Of a DNA stretch of 32,000 nt, positions 1-9,754 are shown piece after piece (position 1 is the stretch's first letter; each line of letters begins with the position of its first letter). The position numbers and the translations under genes are program-made. The notes under the pieces are model-generated. The model was given only the letters and a program-made list of their open reading frames with translations, did not search any database and was not told where the DNA came from. The DNA is from Mycolicibacterium smegmatis. Its GTDB lineage: Bacteria > Actinomycetota > Actinomycetes > Mycobacteriales > Mycobacteriaceae. Location: the NCBI RefSeq assembly GCF_001457595.1, contig NZ_LN831039.1, positions 4,440,001 to 4,472,000 of the forward strand. Reading direction: 5' to 3'.

Positions 1-1
1 T

Positions 2-484
2 GTGCTGGTGAACAACGCCGGTGTGGCGCACGTGGCCCCGGCCGAAGAGTTCACCCGCGAACAGTTCGACCGTCTCGTGAACGTCAACATCGGCGGCGTG
101 TTCTGGGCGATCCACGCCGCCATCCCGCATTTCGGCGAAGGTTCGCGGATCATCAACATCGGCAGCATCAACGCCGACCGGGTGCCCGCCCCCAACCTGG
201 GGGTCTACGCGATGACCAAGGGCGCCGTGCAGGCGCTGACCATCGGCCTTGCGCGTGAACTGGGCCCGCGGGGCATCACGATCACCAACGTGCAACCGGG
301 TCCCATCGACACCGACATGAACCCCGCCGACGGCGGTCTCGCCGAGGTCATGACCTCGGTGACGGCGTTGGGGCGCTACGGCCACGCCGGCGACATCGCG
401 GCCGTGGTGAGCTTCCTCGCAGGCCCGGAGTCCGGGTATGTCACGGGCGCGAGCTGGAACGTCGACGGCGGGTACACCGCCTGA
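2..484 (+). CDS. SDR family oxidoreductase, 5'-truncated by the window edge
   Basis: 160 aa with NNAG, RIINIGS, catalytic YAMTK and C-terminal VTGASWNVDGGYTA, typical of classical SDRs; the N-terminal Rossmann glycine motif is missing because the window starts mid-gene. Confidence 0.9.
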   Translation: MLVNNAGVAHVAPAEEFTREQFDRLVNVNIGGVFWAIHAAIPHFGEGSRIINIGSINADRVPAPNLGVYAMTKGAVQALTIGLARELGPRGITITNVQPGPIDTDMNPADGGLAEVMTSVTALGRYGHAGDIAAVVSFLAGPESGYVTGASWNVDGGYTA

Positions 485-1546
485 TCACAGCACGCTGGGC
501 GGCGCGGTGGCGGTGTCCTTCAGCCGCGCCTTGAATTGCATTGCGCGGTAGGGCCATCCCGAGTCGGTGTGCCACTGCGACACCACAAGCCCGATTCCGC
601 CCGTGCGGTCCAGGCGCGATCCCGGCAGCACGTAACCGCCGTACAACTGGGCCACGCGGGAGCCCTCGTGGTGCTCGTCGTGCCAGGCGCACCCGAGCAC
701 CGGGGTCTGCACTTGCGTGGTGTGCATGTTGGCCACCGGCGAGTCGACCACGCGATATCCCAGCGCGTACCGCGACGCGAAGAACCCGCCGAGGATCCAC
801 CGGCCGGGTCCCAGGCGGCGGAAACTCAGTTCGCCCCAACGTTCTTCGGCGGGCGTGATGGGGGTGGCGCGTTCGCCCCACTCCCATCGGCGCCCGGTGT
901 ACCCCCAGCTCACGTAACGCGTGCGGTCACCGATGTGGGCGGGACGCACCCGCATGAGGATGATGCCCTGTTTGCGCTGGAAACCCGTCGCGGCCACGTA
1001 CACCCAACCGTCGTCGGGGTCGTGATCCCACGACCAGCACTGGGCGTGCCCGCCGTGCCACCCGGCCGGGAACTTCGCGCGCTCCCCCAGGTGTTCCCAG
1101 CTCACGCCGCAGTCGTCGGACCGCCAGATCTCGGTCCAGATCACGTTGCCGAAGCCGCGGTTGACGATGGCGTGCAGGTACAGCGAATCCCCCACGCGCA
1201 GCAGATCTGACGGGATGACGGTGCTGATCCCGCCCCGGCGCCAGCCCGAGGCCGCGTCGTCGTGGATGTAGTGCCACAGTTGACGCGCGTACCCGGGATC
1301 GGGGCCGCCCGCGCGTTCGTAGACGATTTCGTGGTCGGCGTCCCCGGTGCCGATCAGCACCACCGGCGAACGCCAATCCCCCTGCCCGACACGGTGGCCC
1401 GCGAAGGTGTCGCCGAACACCGAGACGAGCTTGCCGTCCGGTGCGAGCACCGAGGCGCCCAGGTCGGTGCAGGTGACGCCGAACCTGTCGGTGCGGCCCG
1501 GCCCCGTGATGTCGGCGGCCTTGCCGTTGAGCAGCGGGAGCGTCAC
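485..1546 (-). CDS. DUF4185 domain-containing protein (possible GH183-type endo-D-arabinofuranase family), no obvious signal peptide
   Basis: 353 aa, GTG start; motifs CTDLGASV...LVSVFGDTF shared with the two other DUF4185 proteins in the window (DLGIMWD...AFGDTF). Confidence 0.75.
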   Translation of the reverse strand: MTLPLLNGKAADITGPGRTDRFGVTCTDLGASVLAPDGKLVSVFGDTFAGHRVGQGDWRSPVVLIGTGDADHEIVYERAGGPDPGYARQLWHYIHDDAASGWRRGGISTVIPSDLLRVGDSLYLHAIVNRGFGNVIWTEIWRSDDCGVSWEHLGERAKFPAGWHGGHAQCWSWDHDPDDGWVYVAATGFQRKQGIILMRVRPAHIGDRTRYVSWGYTGRRWEWGERATPITPAEERWGELSFRRLGPGRWILGGFFASRYALGYRVVDSPVANMHTTQVQTPVLGCAWHDEHHEGSRVAQLYGGYVLPGSRLDRTGGIGLVVSQWHTDSGWPYRAMQFKARLKDTATAPPSVL

Positions 1547-1556
1547 CCCGCGCCCA

Positions 1557-2102
1557 CTACGTGCACAGACGCAGGCCCCAGGGCTCGCAGTCGAGCGGAT
1601 AGGTCTTCACCGGCATGGGCAGCGGCTCCTTGAAGGTCAGCGTGAACGGGAACCGGTGGATGGCCGGCGCCAGCCCGCACACCGCGGTGTTGGACACCTC
1701 GCGGGTTCCGGTCAGCGCGACGTCGTCGAAACGATAGGTCTCCACGATCGGCGCCCAGCTGCCGTCGGAGCACTTGATGCCCTCTTTGATGTTCGTGGAG
1801 AACTGCCACATGCCGCCCGCCATCTTGGCGTCGCCGCCGCTGACCCCGGGCGAGCCCTGCACGTGCAGCACGCACGCCACCGGCAGGTACAGCGGTTCAC
1901 GCAGATCCCCGACCACCGGGACGCACGACGGGTAGATGGTCCACGTCGCGGCGCCCAGACCCTCCTGGTTGTAGTTGAAGACGCCCTGGATCACCGGGTC
2001 GGCCTGCGCGGGACCGGCAAACCCGACTCCCACTCCCATCCACAGTCCCATCACGAGTGCGGGCACCGAGGCGATCACTGCAGCCATGCGCTTGAAGGTC
2101 AC
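1557..2102 (-). CDS. Small secreted protein of unknown function
   Basis: 181 aa; N-terminal signal peptide MTFKRMAAVIASVPALVMGLWMGVGVGFAGPAQADP; several Cys in the mature part; 10 nt upstream of the DUF4185 gene in the same orientation. Confidence 0.75.
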   Translation of the reverse strand: MTFKRMAAVIASVPALVMGLWMGVGVGFAGPAQADPVIQGVFNYNQEGLGAATWTIYPSCVPVVGDLREPLYLPVACVLHVQGSPGVSGGDAKMAGGMWQFSTNIKEGIKCSDGSWAPIVETYRFDDVALTGTREVSNTAVCGLAPAIHRFPFTLTFKEPLPMPVKTYPLDCEPWGLRLCT

Positions 2103-2200
2103 AAACGGTGAGTATCGCAGCCCCGGTGACGACCGTCACCGGTATGGTCGCCTACGTGTCACCCCGGCGCGCCCGTCGGCGGGGTGATGCAGGGGGGATC

Positions 2201-3739
2201 GTGACGACGCGACGTATGGCCGGGATGGCCACAGCGTGGCTCGCCGCTCTCGTGCTGGTGTTCACGGCCTGTTCCACGGGTGAACGGGTCGATCTTGGTG
2301 ACGAGGCGTCGGGCAATCTCATCGCGGCGATCGCAGGTGAGCCCGACCAGCTCGACCCGCAGAAGACCAGCGCGTACTTCTCGTTCGAGGTGCTGGAGAA
2401 CGTGTTCGACACTCTTGTCGAACCCGACGAGAACCTGCAGATGCAACCCGCGCTGGCCGAGTCGTGGGAGGTCAGTCCCGATCAGCTGACGTGGACGTTC
2501 CATCTGCGCGACGGCGTGCGCTGGCACGACGGCACCCCGCTGACCGCCGACGACGTCGTCTACTCCTACCGGCGCATCATCGACGAACAGCTCACCAACG
2601 TCGACAAGTTCAGCGCGGTCACCGACGTCAGCGCGCCCGACCCGGCGACCGTGCGCATCGTGGTGTCCCATCCCACGCCCAACCTGCTGACCAATCTCGG
2701 CGGATTCAAGGGCATGGCGATCGTGCAGCGCGGCAACGTCGAAAGCGGGCAGATCGCCACACATCCCGTCGGGACCGGACCGTTCGCGTTCGCCGGGCGC
2801 AAGAGCGGGGACTCCATCACGCTCAAGGCCAACCCCCACTACTGGGGACCCGAGCCACGGGTGTCCGGGGTGACGTTCCGGTTCATCTCCGAGCCCGCGA
2901 CGGCGCTCTCGGCGCTGCAGGCCGGTGAGATCGACTGGACCGACTCGGTGCCGCCGCAGCGCGTCGCGCAGTTGCGCGACGACGACTCGCTGACGCTCGC
3001 GGTGACACCGAGCAACGACTACTGGTATCTCGCGCTCAACGAGGCCCGTGCACCGTGGAACGACGTGCGCGTGCGCCAGGCGATCGCCTACGGCATCGAC
3101 CGCGATGCGATCGCCACGGCCACCAGTTACCGCACCGCGGCGATCAACCAATTGGCCATCCCCGAGGGCAACCCCTGGTTCACGAGTTACGACCGCTACC
3201 GCTTCGACCTCGACGAGTCCAAGAGGCTCCTCGACGAGGCCGGTGCTCATCCCGAGAACCTCGACATGCTGGTCACCAGCGAGTACCCCGAGACCGTCAC
3301 GGCCGCGCAGATCATCGCCGACAACCTTGCACCGCTTGGCATATCGGTGAACATCCGCACCGTCGACTTCGCGACATGGCTGGACGAACAGAACACCGGC
3401 AACTTCGACATGCTGATGATGGGGTGGCTCGGCAACATCGACCCCGACGACTTCTACTACGCACAGCACCATTCCGACGGAACGAGCAACGCGCAGAAGT
3501 TCTCCGATCCCGAGGTCGACAGGCTGCTCGACGCGGGCCGCGTCGAAACCGACACCGCCGAACGGAAAGACGTCTACGCCAGGGCCGCGACCCGCATCGC
3601 CGACGAGGTCAGCTACATCTACCTGTACAACCCGTCGGTGATCCAGGCGTGGTCCAACGATCTGTCCGGCTACGTCGCACGCCGCGACGGCGCCATCCGG
3701 TTCCGCACGGCCGATCTGGGCCGGGGTGGTCCTGAGTGA
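2201..3739 (+). CDS. ABC transporter substrate-binding lipoprotein, family 5 (peptide/nickel type)
   Basis: ORF 2108..3739; the likely true start is GTG 2201 (VTTRRMAGMATAWLAALVLVFTAC) preceded by a purine-rich AGGGGGG. Lipobox FTAC; SBP_bac_5 features LVEPDENLQMQPALAESWEVSPDQLTWTFHLRDGVRWHDGTPLTADDVVYSYRR. Confidence 0.92.
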   Translation: MTTRRMAGMATAWLAALVLVFTACSTGERVDLGDEASGNLIAAIAGEPDQLDPQKTSAYFSFEVLENVFDTLVEPDENLQMQPALAESWEVSPDQLTWTFHLRDGVRWHDGTPLTADDVVYSYRRIIDEQLTNVDKFSAVTDVSAPDPATVRIVVSHPTPNLLTNLGGFKGMAIVQRGNVESGQIATHPVGTGPFAFAGRKSGDSITLKANPHYWGPEPRVSGVTFRFISEPATALSALQAGEIDWTDSVPPQRVAQLRDDDSLTLAVTPSNDYWYLALNEARAPWNDVRVRQAIAYGIDRDAIATATSYRTAAINQLAIPEGNPWFTSYDRYRFDLDESKRLLDEAGAHPENLDMLVTSEYPETVTAAQIIADNLAPLGISVNIRTVDFATWLDEQNTGNFDMLMMGWLGNIDPDDFYYAQHHSDGTSNAQKFSDPEVDRLLDAGRVETDTAERKDVYARAATRIADEVSYIYLYNPSVIQAWSNDLSGYVARRDGAIRFRTADLGRGGPE

Positions 3740-4713
3740 CTTCGACGCGACTTCTGGGTAACCACCCGATCGTGCGATTCCTGGCGCAGCGGCTGCTGTA
3801 TTCGGCGGTGGTGCTCGTCGGCGTGCTGATCGTGGTGTTCACGCTGGTGCACCTGGTGCCCGGCGACCCGGTCCGCATCGCGCTGGGCACCCGGTACACC
3901 CCAGAGGCCTACGAGGCGCTGCGCACGGCCAGCGGGATGGACCGGCCCATCGTCGAACAGTTCTTCGGCTACATCGGCTCGGCGTTGACCGGCGACCTGG
4001 GTGTGAGTTTCCGCAACGGCGACCCGGTCACCGTGACGCTGCTGGAACGCTTGCCCGCGACACTGTCGCTGGGGCTGGTGGGCATCCTCATCGCGCTGGT
4101 CATCGCGATCCCGGCCGGCATCTGGTCGGCACTGCGCGAGGGACGTGTCAGCGACGCGATCGTGCGCGTGGCGAGCCAGTTCGGCGTGTCGATCCCCGAC
4201 TTCTGGCTCGGCATCCTCTTGATCGGGCTGTTCGCGTCGGTGCTGGGCTGGTTGCCCACGTCGGGGTACCGTCCGCTGTTCGACGATCCGGGCGGCTGGC
4301 TGCGCCACATCATCCTGCCCGGTCTCACGGTGGGTCTGGTGGCCGGCGCGATCCTGACCCGGTACGTGCGCTCGGCGGTGCTCGAGGTGGCCGCGATGGG
4401 CTACGTGCGCACCGCGCGGTCGAAAGGCCTTCCGCCGCCAGTGGTCACGTTCCGTCACATCGTGCGCAACGCGCTGCTGCCGGTGTTGACGATCACGGGC
4501 ATCCAGCTGGCGACGATCCTCGGTGGGGTGATCGTGGTCGAGGTGGTGTTCGCGTGGCCCGGGCTGGGCCGGCTGGTGTTCAATTCGGTTGCCGCACGCG
4601 ACTATCCGGTGATCCAGGGGGCGGTGCTGCTCATCGCGGTGCTGTTCTTGCTGATCAACCTGCTGGTGGACGTGCTCTACGCGGTCGTCGACCCGAGGAT
4701 CCGGCTGTCATGA
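3736..4713 (+). CDS. ABC transporter permease (DppB/OppB-like)
   Basis: 325 aa; MTSTRLLGNHPIVRFLAQRLLYSAVVLVGVLIVVFTLVHLVPGDPVRIALG; 4-nt overlap with the upstream gene. Confidence 0.93.
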   Translation: MTSTRLLGNHPIVRFLAQRLLYSAVVLVGVLIVVFTLVHLVPGDPVRIALGTRYTPEAYEALRTASGMDRPIVEQFFGYIGSALTGDLGVSFRNGDPVTVTLLERLPATLSLGLVGILIALVIAIPAGIWSALREGRVSDAIVRVASQFGVSIPDFWLGILLIGLFASVLGWLPTSGYRPLFDDPGGWLRHIILPGLTVGLVAGAILTRYVRSAVLEVAAMGYVRTARSKGLPPPVVTFRHIVRNALLPVLTITGIQLATILGGVIVVEVVFAWPGLGRLVFNSVAARDYPVIQGAVLLIAVLFLLINLLVDVLYAVVDPRIRLS

Positions 4714-5588
4714 CCGTCACCGAGCAGACCCGCGTCGCGTCGTGGCGGCTGCTGCTGTCGAATCCGGTCACCGCGGTCAGCGCCGCGGTGCTGGTCGTGG
4801 TGGCGGTCGTCGCGCTCACCGCGCAGTGGATCGCGCCGTTCGGCGTCAACGACATCGACGTGCCCAGCGCGCTTCAGGGCCCCGGCGGCACGCACTGGTT
4901 CGGCACCGATGAACTGGGCCGAGACGTGTTCTCCCGCATCCTCGTCGCCATCCAGGCCTCTCTTCGCGTCGCGGTGGTCAGCGTGGCGCTCGCGGCCGTG
5001 GTCGGTGTGACGATCGGCGTCGTCGCGGGGTACCGCGGCGGTTGGCTCGACACCATCGTCATGCGGGTCGTGGACGTCATGTTCGCGTTCCCCGTGCTGC
5101 TCCTGGCGCTGGCCATCGTCGCGATCCTCGGCCCCGGCGTCACCACCACGATGCTCGCGATCGGCATCGTCTACATCCCGATCTTCGCGCGCGTCGCACG
5201 GGCCAGCACGCTGGGCGTGCGGGTGGAACCCTATGTCGCGGTGTCGCGCACCATGGGTACACCCAGCGGCTACATCCTGCGACGGCACATCCTGCCGAAC
5301 ATCGCCGGTCCGTTGATCGTCCAGTTGTCGCTGTCGCTGGCGTTCGCGATCCTCGCCGAGGCGTCGCTGTCGTTCCTGGGCCTGGGAATCCAGCCGCCGC
5401 AGCCGTCGCTGGGCCGGATGATCTACGACGCACAGGGTTTCGTGACGCTCGCGTGGTGGATGGCGGTGTTCCCCGGCGCTGCCATCTTCGTCACGGTGCT
5501 GGCGTTCAACCTGTTCGGCGACGGCCTGCGCGATGTGCTCGATCCCAAGCAGCGCACGCTGATGGAGGCCAAGAGGACCCGGCAATGA
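4710..5588 (+). CDS. ABC transporter permease (DppC/OppC-like)
   Basis: ATG at 4710 (MTVTEQTRVASWRLLLSNPVTAVSAAVLVVVAVVAL), ATGA overlap with the previous stop; ...GTDELGRDVFSRILVAIQASLRVAVVSV... is typical. Confidence 0.92.
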   Translation: MTVTEQTRVASWRLLLSNPVTAVSAAVLVVVAVVALTAQWIAPFGVNDIDVPSALQGPGGTHWFGTDELGRDVFSRILVAIQASLRVAVVSVALAAVVGVTIGVVAGYRGGWLDTIVMRVVDVMFAFPVLLLALAIVAILGPGVTTTMLAIGIVYIPIFARVARASTLGVRVEPYVAVSRTMGTPSGYILRRHILPNIAGPLIVQLSLSLAFAILAEASLSFLGLGIQPPQPSLGRMIYDAQGFVTLAWWMAVFPGAAIFVTVLAFNLFGDGLRDVLDPKQRTLMEAKRTRQ

Positions 5589-7165
5589 CGGATCAGAAGA
5601 CGAACGCCCCGGTACTCAGTGTCCGTGACCTCACGGTCGGCATCGGACGACGCGAGATCGTGCATGGGGTGTCGTTCGACGTGCACCGCGAACAGACCGT
5701 GGGCATCGTCGGTGAATCCGGATCCGGGAAGTCGCTGACGGTGCTCGCGGCCACCGGCCTGCTCGACGCGCCAGGTGCGGTGGTCAGGGGCACCAGCACC
5801 CTGGCCGACGGCTCCCAACTCGTCGGCGCATCGGCGCGGTTGCTGCGTTCGGTGCACGGCGGGCGCATCGGGTTCGTGTTCCAGGACCCGGGCACGTCGC
5901 TGAATCCGCTGCTGACGCTCGAGCGTCAGATCACCGAATCGCTTGAGACGCACCGCAAGATGTCGCGCCGGCAGGCCCGCACCCGCGCCGGTGAGCTGCT
6001 GGAGGCCGTCGGGTTGCCACCTCAGCGACTCGATGCCTACCCGCACCAGTTGTCCGGCGGGCAGCGGCAGCGCGTCATGATCGCGATCGCCCTCGCGTGC
6101 GACCCGGAACTGCTCATCGCCGACGAACCCACCACCGCACTGGATGTCACGACACAGGCCCAGATCGTCGACCTGGTGGCCGATTTGCAGCGCGACTTCG
6201 GCGCGGCCGTGGTGTGGATCAGCCACGATCTCGGCGTCATCGGCCAGGTCGCCGACGAGGTGACGGTGCTGCGCGACGGTGACGCGGTCGAACAGGCCCC
6301 CGTTATGGACGTGTTCGACCGGCCCCGCCACGAGTACACCAGGGAACTGCTGGCCGCGCGTCCCCGCGTCGACGACGCCGGTCCCCCGGCGCCGCCCGAT
6401 GATGCCGGGATCCTGTTGGACGTCGCCGATCTGGAGGTCCGGTACGCCGATGTCGCAGCGGTGAAGGACGTGTCGTTCACGATCCGGCGCGGCACCACGC
6501 TGGGCCTGGTCGGCGAGTCCGGTTCGGGCAAGTCGACCGTGGCGGCCGCGCTGACCGGTCTGTCCGAACCGTCCGCGGGCACGGCCACACTCGACGGCGC
6601 CGACGTGTTCGGCGGTGGACGCGAGCTGCGCAGGCGGATCAGCCTGGTGTTCCAGGACCCGTTCAGTTCACTGAACCCGCGGGCGCGGGTCGGTACGACG
6701 ATCGGTGAGCCATTGCAGGTGCACGGCCTGGCCAAGGGCAGGCGGGCACGCGCCGAGCGGGTCGCCGAGCTGCTCGAACTGGTCGGGCTGCCCGCCGATT
6801 TCGCGTCCCGGTACCCGCACGAGCTGTCCGGTGGCCAGCGTCAGCGGGTCAGCATCGCACGAGCACTGGCCACCGAGCCGGAGCTGCTCATCCTCGACGA
6901 ATCGACGGCCTCGCTGGATGTGTCGGTGCAGTCCCGCGTCCTGGACCTGCTGGCCGATCTGCAACGCGAGCTCGGCCTGGCCTACCTGTTCATCGCGCAT
7001 GACCTGGCGGTCGTGCACCGCATGAGCCACGACGTACTCGTGCTGCGCGACGGTGAGGTGGTCGAGTACCGGCCCGCGGCGGAGTTGTTCGCCGCACCGC
7101 AGCACGAGTACACCCGCACGCTGCTGGCCGCGGTTCCGCCGCTGCGGCCGCATGAGAAGGTCTAG
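5585..7165 (+). CDS. ABC transporter ATP-binding protein with two fused nucleotide-binding domains (DppD-DppF-like)
   Basis: ATG at 5585 (MTDQKTNAPVLSVRDLTVG). Two Walker A motifs (GESGSGKSLT, GESGSGKSTV), two signatures (LSGGQRQRV twice), two Walker B (LLIADEPTTALD, LLILDESTASLD). Confidence 0.95.
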   Translation: MTDQKTNAPVLSVRDLTVGIGRREIVHGVSFDVHREQTVGIVGESGSGKSLTVLAATGLLDAPGAVVRGTSTLADGSQLVGASARLLRSVHGGRIGFVFQDPGTSLNPLLTLERQITESLETHRKMSRRQARTRAGELLEAVGLPPQRLDAYPHQLSGGQRQRVMIAIALACDPELLIADEPTTALDVTTQAQIVDLVADLQRDFGAAVVWISHDLGVIGQVADEVTVLRDGDAVEQAPVMDVFDRPRHEYTRELLAARPRVDDAGPPAPPDDAGILLDVADLEVRYADVAAVKDVSFTIRRGTTLGLVGESGSGKSTVAAALTGLSEPSAGTATLDGADVFGGGRELRRRISLVFQDPFSSLNPRARVGTTIGEPLQVHGLAKGRRARAERVAELLELVGLPADFASRYPHELSGGQRQRVSIARALATEPELLILDESTASLDVSVQSRVLDLLADLQRELGLAYLFIAHDLAVVHRMSHDVLVLRDGEVVEYRPAAELFAAPQHEYTRTLLAAVPPLRPHEKV

Positions 7166-7167
7166 GG

Positions 7168-7908
7168 ATGACCGACTTTCATGGGAAGACCGCGTTGGTG
7201 ACGGGTGCCTCGGCAGGCCTCGGGGCGGCGGTGGCGAAATTGCTGGCGGCGCGCGGGGCCTCGGTGTTCGGGATCGCCCGCGACGCCGACCGGATGGCCG
7301 AGGTGTTCACCGAGGTGCCCGGCGGCAGGTATGCCTCCGTGGACGTCTCGTCGTCGCAGGCGTGCGACGAGGCGGTCGGACAGTGCGTCGAGCAGTTCGG
7401 TCAGCTGGACATCCTGATCAACGTCGCGGGCTTTCATCAGATGCGCCATACGGTTTCGGTGACCGACGAGGACTGGGCCAAGGACCTCGCGGTCAACCTC
7501 AATGGCCCGTTCTTCCTGAGCCGTGCGGCGCTGCCGCACCTGTTGCAGGCCGGTGGCAACATCGTCAATGTCGCCTCCATCGCCGGCGTCGAGGGCGAGG
7601 TGTACTCGGCCGGCTACTGCGCGGCCAAACACGGGCTGGTGGGGTTGACCCGCGCCTTGGCGGTCGAGTTCACCAAGGAGCGGCTGCGGGTCAACGCGGT
7701 GTGCCCTGGCGGCATGCTGACCGCGCAGACCACCGAGTTCGCCGCGCCCGAGAACGCCGACTGGGATCTGATCATGCGGATCGCGGCCCCGCGGGGCTTC
7801 ATGGACGTCGCCGATGTCGCGAAGACCATCGCGTTCCTGGCGAGCGACGATGCGGCGGCCGTGCACGGCGCGGTGTACATCGTCGATGCCGGCAAGACCG
7901 CCGGCTGA
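7168..7908 (+). CDS. SDR family oxidoreductase
   Basis: 246 aa; TGASAGLG, catalytic YCAAK; starts 3 nt after the ABC ATPase stop, so probably co-transcribed. Confidence 0.93.
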   Translation: MTDFHGKTALVTGASAGLGAAVAKLLAARGASVFGIARDADRMAEVFTEVPGGRYASVDVSSSQACDEAVGQCVEQFGQLDILINVAGFHQMRHTVSVTDEDWAKDLAVNLNGPFFLSRAALPHLLQAGGNIVNVASIAGVEGEVYSAGYCAAKHGLVGLTRALAVEFTKERLRVNAVCPGGMLTAQTTEFAAPENADWDLIMRIAAPRGFMDVADVAKTIAFLASDDAAAVHGAVYIVDAGKTAG

Positions 7909-8015
7909 GCACACACATCCGTCCGATCTCTTCACCTTGCGTTCCTGCGCGCGCACGATAGAAACGGAAGTGCAAGGACGTTTCCGACCATTAAGTCCGA
8001 GGAAGGGAGCGAACG

Positions 8016-8258
8016 ATGAAGGCCAAGGTCGGCGATTTCCTGGTCGTCAAGGGCGCGACCACCGACCGGCACGATCAGCATGCCGAGATCATCGGAGTGC
8101 GCAGTGACGACGGGTCTCCCCCGTTCGTCGTGCGCTGGCTGTCCGACGGGCACGAGGCCACGGTGTATCCCGGCCCCGATGCGCTGATCATGTCCCCCGA
8201 GGAGCACCAGCGCGCCACTGAACGCGCCGCTGCCCACGCGGGTGCGTCAGCGCACTAG
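8016..8258 (+). CDS. DUF1918 domain-containing protein
   Basis: 80 aa MKAKVGDFLVVKGATTDRHDQHAEIIGVRSDDGSPPFVVRWLSDGHEATVYPGPDALI; GAGGAAGGGAG ribosome-binding site upstream of ATG. Confidence 0.85.
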   Translation: MKAKVGDFLVVKGATTDRHDQHAEIIGVRSDDGSPPFVVRWLSDGHEATVYPGPDALIMSPEEHQRATERAAAHAGASAH

Positions 8259-9605
8259 CTAGCCGGTCGAAAGGGACGTGCGCATCAGCATCACGCTGTA
8301 GTCCGACCAACGTGACAGCGTGAAGTACAGGTCCTTGCCCTCCGACCACGGATGGATGTAGGGCGCATAGATGCCACCGGGGACGGCCGTGGAGCTGACG
8401 ATCGTCTTCGCGCGGCTCCACGGCCCCTCCGGTTTGTCGGCCGTGCGCATCACCACCGAGCTGGTGGTGTTGGTGTAGAGCATGACGAATTTCTTGAGGT
8501 GGTCGTTCCACGCCACCGACATCTCGCTGCCGGGTGCCCACACCACCTGGAGGGCGAGGAACGGGAAACCCTTGATCCACCCGAACGGCGTGAAGTACTC
8601 GTAGGCCGACTTGTCGGCCACGGCCGTCTCCACGACGCGGTACAAGAATGGCATGCCGCCGCGCCCGGCGCCGGTGCTGTAGGCGTAGACGTAGCCGTTG
8701 TGGCGCAGGTACGCCGCCATCTGGAAGTTCTGGTCACCCCACACGAACGGCACACCCGGCACGGTGTTGAACCAACTGGGCCGGATGCTCGTCGCGGGCA
8801 CGGTCCACGTCTCGCCGTTGTCGCCTGAGACCGCCACCGCGGAGAAGTTGGTCGACCACTGCCCGGGGGCGCCCCACCTGCTCACGGACATGAAGTTGAC
8901 GTATTGCGTTGTGCCGACCGCGATTCCCGCGGTGGGGATCACCGTGACCTCGGTGCCGGCCAGGCCAAGGCTCTTGATCACCTGCCGGGAGAAGTTGGGC
9001 CGCGCCGCGTCCACCGGGGATCCGGCGTAGATGTTGCCGGGTACCGGGTTGGGGATGCTCATGCCGTCGGCGAGGTTGCGGTCGGCGCTGCGGAACAGCG
9101 TGTTCTTGCGCCACTCCTGTGCTGCGACATTGCAATTGCCGAAGGTGTCGCCGAACGCGATGAGTACCTGACGGTTGGCTCCGGTCTGGCCGTTGTCCCA
9201 CATGATGCCCAGGTCGGCACCGGAGATCCCGAAGCGCGAATAGCTGTCCGAGTTGGGTCCGGTGACCCAGCCGACCGTGGTGGCCGTCGACGCCGCCGGT
9301 TCTGCGGCCGCGCGGGCGGCGGTGTTGAGTGCGACCGCGGTGTCCTTGGCCTCTTCGGGTGTGCTGGCCGTCTGCACGGGTTTGCGGCCGATCGGCAGAT
9401 GCAGGACCGGCAGTTTCGAGATGATGTCGGGCATCGACGGGGTCAGACCCCGCGCCGAGGCGTTCGGCGTCGGCACCGAGCAGGGATCGGCTGCGGCGGG
9501 CGGGGCGCCGACGAGCCCGGCAACCAACCCGCCCACCAGCGTGGTTGCCACCGCGGAGACGACGCACGCACGCGACGTCGATGCCAGTCGACGAAATGCC
9601 GGCAT
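8259..9605 (-). CDS. Secreted DUF4185 domain-containing protein
   Basis: 448 aa with signal peptide (...TTLVGGLVAGLVGAPPAAADP); DLGIMWDNGQ...IAFGDTFGNC, GTEVTVIPTAGIAVGTTQYVNFMSVSRW, YAPYIHPWS. Confidence 0.85.
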   Translation of the reverse strand: MPAFRRLASTSRACVVSAVATTLVGGLVAGLVGAPPAAADPCSVPTPNASARGLTPSMPDIISKLPVLHLPIGRKPVQTASTPEEAKDTAVALNTAARAAAEPAASTATTVGWVTGPNSDSYSRFGISGADLGIMWDNGQTGANRQVLIAFGDTFGNCNVAAQEWRKNTLFRSADRNLADGMSIPNPVPGNIYAGSPVDAARPNFSRQVIKSLGLAGTEVTVIPTAGIAVGTTQYVNFMSVSRWGAPGQWSTNFSAVAVSGDNGETWTVPATSIRPSWFNTVPGVPFVWGDQNFQMAAYLRHNGYVYAYSTGAGRGGMPFLYRVVETAVADKSAYEYFTPFGWIKGFPFLALQVVWAPGSEMSVAWNDHLKKFVMLYTNTTSSVVMRTADKPEGPWSRAKTIVSSTAVPGGIYAPYIHPWSEGKDLYFTLSRWSDYSVMLMRTSLSTG

Positions 9606-9754
9606 GACACACCTTTCGAGCTGACGTAGCGGGTGCAGCCACGCTGCCGCCCCGACACGCGACCAGGTGTGACAATAGTTGCTACAGAGACAGGTGTGGT
9701 TTGCCGGTCACGATCCGGTACGGATCCGTGATCGGTCCGAGACGTGCCCGGCGA

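Noticed and set aside
2159-3472. 437-aa minus-strand ORF opposite the substrate-binding protein
   Set aside because: Antisense shadow ORF in a GC-rich gene.
7909-8015. Possible DosR-like or sigma-factor site upstream of the DUF1918 gene (GAAACG...CGTTTC)
   Set aside because: Only a 6-bp inverted repeat with a 12-nt spacer and no match to a consensus I can state reliably.
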